A stretch of DNA of 64,000 nt from Octopus vulgaris. Taxonomy: Eukaryota. How positions within the stretch are numbered: the first letter of the stretch is position 1; each line of letters opens with the position of its first letter. Both the position numbers and the translations under genes were made by a program. The notes under the pieces were generated by a model that searched no databases, was not told where the DNA came from, and saw nothing but the letters and a program-made list of their open reading frames with translations. Location: assembly GCA_951406725.2 (NCBI GenBank), contig OX597831.1, positions 44,454,001 through 44,518,000 of the forward strand, in the 5' to 3' direction. This document shows positions 54,891-64,000 of the stretch, in pieces.

Positions 54891-55570
54891 ATCATCATCA
54901 TTGTTTAATGTCCGCTTTCCATGCTAGCATGGGTTGGACAATTTGACTGAGGTCTGGCAAACCAGATGGCTGCACCAGGCTCCAATCTGATCAGGCAGAG
55001 TTTCTACAGCTAGATGCCCTTCCTAATGCCAACCATTCTGAGAGTGTAGTAGGTGCATTTATGTGTCACCTGCACAGGAGCCAGTCCAGCGACACCGGCA
55101 ACGACCTCACTCAAATGTTTTTTCACGTGCCACCAGCACAAATGCCGGTAAGGCGATGCAGGTAATGATCACACTCGAATGGTGCTTTTTACATGCCACC
55201 GGCATGGAAGCCATCTTGTTGCTCTGGCAACGATCATGCTCAAATGGTACTCTTAGCGCTCCACTAGCATGGATGCCAGTCATCAAATTTGATTTCGATT
55301 TCAATTTCAATTTCCCTTGCTTCAACAGGTCTTCGCAAGCAGAGTTTAGTGTCCAGTAAAGGAAAGGTATGCATAAGTGGGCTGGTTATACCCCTGGCAT
55401 AAGCCACAAGGCTATGGTCTCACTTGGCTTGCCGAGTCTTTTCAAGCACAGCATATTTCCAAAGGTCCCGGTCACTAGTCATTGCCTCAGTGAGGCCCAA
55501 TGTTCGAAGGTCATGCTTAACCACCTCATCCCAGGTCTTCCTGGGTCTACCTCTTCCACAGGTTCCCCCA
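54891..55570 (-). mobile_element. RTE-LINE 3' end: ORF2 C-terminus plus the repeat-containing 3' UTR
   Basis: GTCGRGRPRKTWDEVVKHDLRTLGLTEAMTSDRDLWKYAVLEKTRQAK* runs directly into the family 3' UTR and (GAT)n tail. Confidence 0.88.
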
Positions 55571-55944
55571 ATATATATATATATACATATATATAAGAGA
55601 CCAAAGTGTACATACGCTGCCATATGTATATAAAAAGGAAAACAAAAAATGGGACAAGAACGCAAAACATCCAGATATTAAGATGATACAAAAAAAGGGA
55701 CAACAAAACATCCAGATAGATGATACAAAAGAGGGACAAGAAAAGTACAGATGGGTCATTCGAAGTTTTCTTTCCTCAGTCGAGTTCCAGATTATCTTTG
55801 CAATTTCGGCTGGTTATACTCAAGATTGCTCCAGTCTGGCCACGCCCAAGGAAAATTAAGCTAAGAGCATTAGATTTCTTGGAAGAAAGCAGCGAATGTA
55901 TACAAAAACAAGGACGGGAAAAAAAAAACGGAGAAATGGTACAC

Positions 55945-55988
<44 letters not shown>

Positions 55989-56319
55989 TGTGCAAGTATA
56001 TATGTTATGTATGTGTGTAAGTTCTGAATTTTAGACCATTGTTCTTCATCAAGGAGACTGAAATTTTACATAGGGGCACACAGAGGTACACAGTAAATAC
56101 ATAGGGATACATGTTTTCAAGGAAAACTTCATAAACCATGTGATCTTCCCTAATATTTTGTAAACTTTTAGAAAAAAGTCTAAGAATATTGTATACCTCC
56201 AAATGCTGTAATTGATTAGCAAGGTATTGATTAGCAAAAACAATTAATATAAAGTAATGAATCATCATCATCATCATCTATATATATATAGAAGCCCATC
56301 ATATATATATATATATATA

Positions 56320-56690
56320 TATAAAACTGAAGTTGTCTGTGTGTATGGCAGGTTTGGTAGCCTTCAGCTAACACTATCTCCTCTGAGACCCTGCGGTGCA
56401 AGTTGACCAAAATTGAGCGTATGATAGAAGGCTTGCTCTTCCTTCCATTGAAGAAAAAATTCAAATTGGACCATGTTAACACCAAAAATTATTTACATCA
56501 AAAAGGTGCTTTTTTCTATGAAAATCCCTATTTTTTACGATTTTTTTACTGCTGTGTCGCCATTTTTCAGTGTATTTCTACCAGAAAAATGTTCACTTAA
56601 AGAGAATAACAAGCTACAAAACGCAAAATTTTTACTTTTCAAAAATTCCAATTCTAAAGGGTCGAAACAAACCCGGGCGATACTGCTAGT
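56320..56690 (+). mobile_element. Non-autonomous Helitron-like element
   Basis: Sits in (TA)n; ends with GC-rich acccgggcg followed by ctgCTAG-t, resembling a Helitron 3' end. Confidence 0.6.
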
Positions 56691-56809
56691 ATATATATAT
56701 ATATGTATGTATATATAGCTATGTATGCGTTTGTGGTTGTCCTCACCATCACCACTTTACAACCGGTGTTGGTGTGTTTATGTCCCCGTAACTTAGCGAA
56801 CTGATAGAA

Positions 56810-57552
56810 TTAGTACCAGGCTTAAAAAATAAGTACTAGGGTCGTTTTGTTTAATGCGATATCCCCAAGCCCGTTGCCAGACTTTGGTGCCTGGGAGTGC
56901 TTCAGAATATTCTGGGTGGACATTTGTACTGTGGGAAGATTTTAGTAAACTGTAATTTCTAAATTTGAAGGTGCACCATCGAATCGTGAGTGGGGTGCAG
57001 TGCCATCCAGTGCACTCTAATTAGCGACGGGCAAGGCTGCCCTAAACAGGGCAGCAGTCCAATGCCTGAGACAACTAAGAAAGTAGAACAAGGGAGGAAA
57101 CTCTCAAAGAATATCATCATCGCTATCATTGTCTATCATTTTGTCAGTGACAAATGTCACCCTGTCGTTTATATTGCAAAGTGACTGAAGGCGGCGAGCT
57201 GGCGGAATCGTTAGCGCGTCGTACAAAATGCTTAGCGGCATTTCGTCCGTCTTTACGTTCTCAGATCAAATTCCGCCGGAATCGATTTTTGTGTTTTATC
57301 ATTTCGGGGTCGATAAAATAAAGTACCTGTTGAACACTGAGATCGATGTAATCGATTTATTACCGTCCCCCCAAAATTGCTGGCCTTGTGCCAAAATTTG
57401 AAGCAGTATTACACGACACTTATCGTCTTTCTCTGTATGACACAATTTGTAATATTCTGAAGCACTCCCAGGCACCAAAGTCTGGCAACGGGCTTGGGGA
57501 TATCGCATTAAACAAAACGACCCTAGTACTTATTTTTTAAGCCTGGTACTAA
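56810..57552. repeat. 102-bp inverted duplication (56810-56911 / 57451-57552)
   Basis: Arms read as exact reverse complements by eye; spacer about 540 bp. Confidence 0.9.
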
Positions 57553-58974
57553 CATGTCATAACATGTCTTCGTGAGACATTGTTTTGTTGTTATTTTTCA
57601 TTTCTTTTCAGTTTTTTCCTACTGTTTATTTTGTTTTATTATCAGTCAACGTGTAACCCAGTCCGTCAGCAAGTTGTTGGTGATATCTATCGTCGCTTGG
57701 TATTCTGTCACCGTATCTCACCTTGCATTGTTAACTGATATTCTGTGTGACCTCAGATTTATCATAAGGTATTATCTATTTATATTTCTTAAATTTTATA
57801 TTACAATTATCAAAAAACAGCATTGATATCAACAGATTTTCAGCCAGGTAATCTGTCGGTGATAGCGACAATAAACGTCCTTCAAGATTTTCCTCCGTAC
57901 AACACCAATAATTTGATTTTCTCATCTATTTATATCAGCAAACGAGCGACAGAAAGAACATGAATATCAAAAGGTTACAATGGAGGTTTCAAATTTTGGC
58001 ACAACGACAGTAATTTTAGGGGAGGGTGCATTTGATTACCCTAACCCTAATAATTAACTGGTACGTTTTATCGACCCCGACAGGATGAAAAGCAACGCCG
58101 ACTTCGGCGGAATTGGAGTTCAGAACATAAAGAGCCAGAAAAAATGCCGCTAAGCATTCTGTCCGATGGGCTTCTCGCCGGCTTACCGCCTTAAGATTAT
58201 AAAAACAGAAAAGGATCAAAGGTCCTCCTCGAGCCATTAGCTCATAAGGCCTGTTTTTTCTGATTCTATGGTGTGTATATTCCCCTATTGGATAGAATTA
58301 CTTATTTTTGCCAGCTGAGAGGACTGGAGTAACGTAAAATGAAGTGTTTTGCACTCGCATCGCCTGTATAGGAACTGAAACCACAATCTTATGATCACGA
58401 GTGCAACACACTAACCACTAAGCCACACATCTTCACTAAGATTATAATGATGGTTTCCATTTTGGGCACAAGGCCAGCAATTTTGTGGAGGAGATAAGTC
58501 GATTACAACGACCCCAGAGTTCAACTCCGAAAGGATGAAAGGCAAAGCCAACTTGGGCGAAATTTGAACTTCGGTGGAATTTGAAACCAGAAATTTGGCG
58601 TGAGAGACTTTGTTTTCATTAACCCCGGAGGATGAAGATGATCTCGACATGATATGGCAGGTATCTCCAAACAGCTACTTGGACCAGTCTGAGAATCCTA
58701 TAGGCCCCGTGTTATCCTTAATCCCAAATAAGGTGCATTCTCCTAGCTGTATTTCAGAAACAACATTACCTCTTTGTCCTAGCGCTGACCGAAAGGTGTA
58801 CACCTAGTAGTCATTGAAGAAATACACACATCCGGGCGTGTATCCGGGAACACCAGGTCTCATTTATCGCGATCACATTTAAATCTACATGTGCATGCTG
58901 TGAATAGGCTATTTATTCGAGCCATACTCACAACACCTGCACAACTTTTATCAAATTAACTGGCAGCAACTCCT

Positions 58975-59017
<43 letters not shown>

Positions 59018-59139
59018 GTATCTTTCTTTTTATCTCTCTTTCTCTCTCACCTTCCTCTCCAAGTATTATTTGAAGAAATTGATAAGTACTTCGTCGAACA
59101 AAAGAGCGTCAGTCGTCAGTCCTATCTATCTCATCAGAC

Positions 59140-59526
59140 AGGCGTAGGAGTGGCTGTGTGGTAAGTAGCTTGCTTACCAACCACATGGTTCCGGGTTTAG
59201 TCCCACTGCGTGGCACCTTGGGCAAGTGTCTTCTGCTATAGCCTCGGGCTGACCAAAGCTTTGTGAGTGGATCTGGTAGACGGAAACTGAAAGAAGCCCG
59301 TTGTACATATGTACATATATATAAGTATGCGTGTGTGTGTTTGAGTGTCTGTGTTTGTCCTCCCAACATCGCTTGACAACCGATGCTGGTGTGTTTACAT
59401 CCCCGTAACTTATCGGTTCGGCAAATAGGTACTAGGCTTACAAAGAATAAGTCCTGGGGTCGATTTGCTCGACTAAAGGCGGTGCTCCAGCATGGCCACG
59501 GTCAAATGACTGAAACAAGTAAAAGA
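59140..59526 (+). mobile_element. Young, near full-length tRNA-derived SINE
   Basis: ggcgtaggagtggctgtgtggtaag head through to the tgactgaaacaagtaaaag tail; many CpGs retained. Confidence 0.88.
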
Positions 59527-61350
59527 AGTCATACAAACCTCTTTCACTATTGTCACTCTGCAGAGAAAAACTTCATGCTTTGTCAAGGGATGTGATTGAG
59601 CGATAGATTCAATTGATGGCTTACAAGTGACAACAGCGTTTCAGCACAACTCCACAAGTCAGAAAAGCTTTGATATTGAACGAGGGCATGCAGAACGGTT
59701 CATTGCTATGCCTGTAGAATCTATCCCGCTAACCCTAACAGGCCAAGGTTTCAGTGCGTTGACCATAGTCTACAGGTTAGAACTCATTCGGAATAGACCG
59801 GTCATTTGATCTTCGTCATCGCCCACTATCGCCATGAGAATGTTGTCACCCTTACTTCTGTAGCAAGCATGAACAGCCTTTGTGGAGAAGCGGGCCGCAT
59901 GAAACAGGGCTCAGCACCAGGTAGGCCGCACTACTAAAAAAGTTCAAGTTTATTTTTCGTTAGTTGTGCCATTTAGTAATTCTTACGGGCTGCAGTTTGC
60001 TCACGTCTGTTTTATAGATTACAAGGGTTGACATATCACTGACCTCATTGACAGGCTAGTACAAAAATGCTTGCGCCCATCATCATTCTAAATACCATCA
60101 CGCTCAAAACCGATTGGATGAAAACTGTAATATCGCATGACAAAATAAATGTCCTGTGTCCATCACAGTTAGCAGTAAGGTGCTACTGGAAAACCTGTAC
60201 TCATCTTCTTGGATTCAAATTGTACGCACCTAAGGTGGTCCAACAAAATCCTAATTATAATTTTCTTGACACGCTGAGCTCCTATCACTTGTGCCAGTCT
60301 TGAATGATTCTTGCCCCATAAACTATTACCCCGCTAATCTATTATTTTTTATTGCTACTTCTTTTCTATACCCCGTCGATTCTCTTCTGACTTTCTTCAG
60401 ACAGATACACCAGTTGCTATTCAGAATCGCTTGTGTAAACTCCCACTCAGTTACTTCGCTGATCCGATGGCAATAGATTTTTTGCACAAATAGCTTCAGC
60501 TTCCGATAACCGCGCCACTATCTTTTAGGCCTACCAAACTTGTCTGTTTTTACAACCGGCTGAAACTATAAACATCCTACTTGCCAAGACTTTCTTACTC
60601 TTTCTCGCTCTCCTTTTTCCATCAGTCAACAAAAGATGAATTTAACAATCTACAGACTGGATAAGAGAACGGCAAATTATCATTGTATAACAACACCTAG
60701 AAGAAGAAGTATCTTACTTTGTAACAATGAAAATAAAGGTCCATTTCAACTAATTATATATTCTCTTCCTCTCATTAATGTGCTACATAGTTAATTATCA
60801 TGCGTTTATCCAAGTCCACATTCGGGAAATCCAGTCGATACCGACAAGATTTCCAACGGGTTTCTTGAAGAGGTTTGCGAGGCTTTAACTCTCCCCACCG
60901 TTACCGAATCGGTAACTCTCGTACAGTCCCAGTGTGCGTTGAAGATGCCGTTCTAGTCGGGCCAACTGAAAAATACAGTATAAATAAGAGTGAAGCTAAG
61001 ATGTCTAATATCAGCGATGATCGTCTTGATTGTACCGGGAATTGTTTCTCCTCTTTCTTTGTTTAACCTATACAAATCTAAAACTACATTTCCCACTTTC
61101 AATTTCATTGACCCTACTGCCTTAAAGAAAGGACCTAATGGATAATGTAATCCAAAGCAGGACCTCTAAGAGAAATTCTATCAGAAACTACATCATTTCT
61201 TCCTAAAATGTGAAGGTTGGTCTTTATCATACGCACCCCTTTTCTGACCTTTGAAAACTCCCGAACCGGAAATCTTTTCTCATAATCCCTGATCCATTGT
61301 AGGATCAGGGACTATGATTATGATTGAACAAAGTACAGTCATGTTCGAAA

Positions 61351-61523
61351 GAATCCAGGTAAAAAAAATTCACAGGGGTTTTGTACGGGGGATTTTGTCC
61401 GCGGGGTTTTTGTTCAGATCCCATAAATTAATTGTGACTTATTTTTCTGTGACATTTTTTCCTAGCCAAAATTGTGACTTTATTACTGTGACTTTTTCCC
61501 CTGTTACTTTATTACCGGTCACC
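61351..61523. mobile_element. Short non-autonomous DNA element (MULE- or hAT-like)
   Basis: Direct repeat gttcgaaa at 61343-61350 and 61524-61531; internal tgtgacttt subrepeats. Confidence 0.5.
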
Positions 61524-62558
61524 GTTCGAAATTCCTTACTTCGGGCGTACCATATCAAAGGTGACCCGGGGTGAACAACAACAGCAACGGCAAATATACA
61601 CACACCATTGAAAGTGCTTCTCCATGGTCACTCAATCTGATTAAAATAGCAGCTAAATTTCGCTCATGTCACAGCCAGCCGCCTTAAAATAAAAAAAAAG
61701 ATACACTGGATATTGTAGTTCTTAATAAGCTAAAAATGCGAGAGGTACGCAGCTGGAATATCTTTGATCGTAGTTTTGCTCAATAAACGCTGACCTGGGG
61801 CTAAACAACTTTCTTCTCAACTCTAGACTACATTCATCGAATATATACCTGAGGTCAAAAGTCTTCTAGCAGAAACCATGTCATTTTTTTTTACAGGTAT
61901 ATAGAATCTATTTTTCACAGTAATTTATTTATGATAGTTACGGAATTGTTCAACTATTTCCGTACTTTGTCGAAATATGAACCTTCTCACCCAAAGGTGT
62001 CCTTTGCTTTTCATGTGATTTCAAAGAGATTTAACTGCTATTTCTATTTCAAGTAAAGACTCCCCTTTTAATTGTCTACTGTTCCCTTTTAGTTTGATAC
62101 GAATGCCATATCATTGATTGGAAATGTTCAATTCAAGAAAGCACAAAAATGTTTCTTCCCCCTCCTCTCTCTCCTCTTTCTGTCTCCAACTAACCAATTC
62201 TTCACAGTGTTGATGTGTTATTCCAAACTTCGCTGAATATTGGGCAATTGGTTAAAAGATCGTGGATTTCCCACATCTCTTATCACATTATTCTTTTATG
62301 GCTCTGATATATTTGATCCTTTACAACTGTATGTACAAAGACCCCTTTATTTCTCACCCCTTTTTGCCTAGTATGTTCTCACTCCCAGTACGCCAAACCA
62401 TTCAAAATCAACACCACGAGCGATTCTATTAGGGTGCCTGTGTCAATTAAAAACAGAAACGTCAACAGTATGATTTTAATTTACATGCGGACGACCAAAA
62501 GTAGTAGAGGGGAAAAAAACCCAAAGATTTTCACATAAATTTACAGAAAGATCTCTCG

Positions 62559-62850
62559 TTTACTTGTTTCAGTCATTTGACTGCGGCCATGCTGGAGCAC
62601 CGCCTTTAGTCGAGCAAATCGACCCCGAGACTTATTTTTTGTAAGCCCAGTACTTATTCTATCGGTCTCTTTTGCCGAACCGCTAAGTGACGGGGACGTA
62701 AACACACCAGCATCGGTTGTCAAGCAATGCTAGAGGGACAAACACAGACACACAAACATATACACACACATACACATATATATATATACATATATACGAC
62801 AGGCTTCTTTCAGTTTCCGTCTACCAAATCCACTCACAAGGCTTTGGTCG
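62559..62850 (-). mobile_element. Young 5'-truncated tRNA-SINE copy
   Basis: Reverse complement of the dominant SINE 3' portion, CpG-rich. Confidence 0.85.
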
Positions 62851-63399
62851 AAGTCCCATACTATCAGAATTTGATTCCCATGCCCACAGAGGGTTAAGAA
62901 ACCCCTGCTTTACGGAAGGTGGACATGAGATATACGCTTAAGCCTTTACCGAAGATACTACCCGCGAAACATGAAACGAAATGGTATTACTTCATGTGCT
63001 TGTCTCTGTTACATGTTTATGTATATACAGTAAGTGACATTGTCATAAGGCTTCTTGGTTTTTTCTTAACTTTCCATTTTAAATCAACACCCACACAATC
63101 GAGTGACATAATTAACAAACGTGACTCGGTAGTAGTGGCAGAACTGAGAGAAAAATATCTTTTTTATTCTCAGAAATTTATTTAGTTACGGAATTGATCG
63201 ACCATTTCCGTAGTTTGTCGAGAATATGAACCTTCTCACTCATTTTAAAATGTTTACATGACGTTTGTTTTTCAACATCTTTCTCTCACACGGCTGGCTG
63301 TTGTTGATAATAAAACGACGACGATAATTCTCCGCCGCGATCAGTGTTTCGTTCGCGATTTAAAAGCCATAATCACGATTTCAGTCACAAGAGTGTTGC

Positions 63400-63785
63400 G
63401 ACCACCAATATCCCACCACCGTCCTCCCGACTCCACCACCACCACTACTCCAATCACCAACATCACCCTCACTGTATTAATATCACCACCACCACTTTCA
63501 CTACACTGATATTACCACCACTTTCGCCGCACTGGTATCGCCACCGCCACCTCCGCAACACTAAATCCACTAGCACTGACAGTACAGTCACAGCGAGTTA
63601 ACACTAATAAAGACTACCACTAACATCAAAAACACTACTACTACTACTTCGACTGTCACCACTGCAAATCGCCCTCACCACCACCATCACCATTACCATC
63701 ACTACTGCTGCTCCAACTGCAACTAGCTTGCTGCTGCTACTGCTACTGTAGCTGCTGCTGCTCTGCTGCTGTTTCCACCGTCCCC
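63400..63785. repeat. Degenerate (ACC/ACT/GCT)n low-complexity tract
   Basis: Directly visible. Confidence 0.8.
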
Positions 63786-64000
63786 ATCAGAGATGTGTAG
63801 CCGGTAGCTGTGACAGATATTAGTCAGGTACAACAACACAAGAAGATAAACTCACCACCGCCGATCTTTAAAACAAGTCTTCTCTCCAACAGTGGTCAAG
63901 CACGTCACCCCCTCCTCCTCTATTTGACCGTTGCACTAATTAAACCGTTTTCAACCCCCACCACCAGAGCACCATGGCTTATAGTTTTGTAGATAGCTTT

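Noticed and set aside
60885-60966. RFamide neuropeptide-like YRFG on the minus strand
   Set aside because: No basic cleavage site after the Gly, no signal peptide and no repeats

Overview
Eukaryotic, AT-rich and very repeat-dense DNA. The SINE/LINE/microsatellite repertoire looks like a coleoid cephalopod, probably Octopus (inference). Two spliced genes can be rebuilt with canonical GT-AG junctions and consistent phases, arranged head-to-head. EXOSC3/RRP40 is on the minus strand (4 coding exons, 11769->5984, 254 aa). A METTL25-family SAM methyltransferase, most like METTL25B/RRNAD1, is on the plus strand (10 coding exons, 16963->31980, 469 aa). From about 32 kb to 64 kb I found no convincing host exon. 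That part is SINEs, RTE/CR1 LINE 3' ends, hAT/Tc1-mariner/MULE/Helitron relics and large microsatellites. The most unusual signal is a set of short, non-coding fold-back elements, mostly in (TA)n tracts, carrying type-I hammerhead-ribozyme-like cores of the Penelope-associated kind. One is near-canonical (45669-45752). Another is a U3-A8 covariant core in the loop of a 117-bp near-perfect hairpin (44962-45234). No prokaryote-type system such as CRISPR is supported. Repeat boundaries are approximate and family names come from motif recognition, not database searches.
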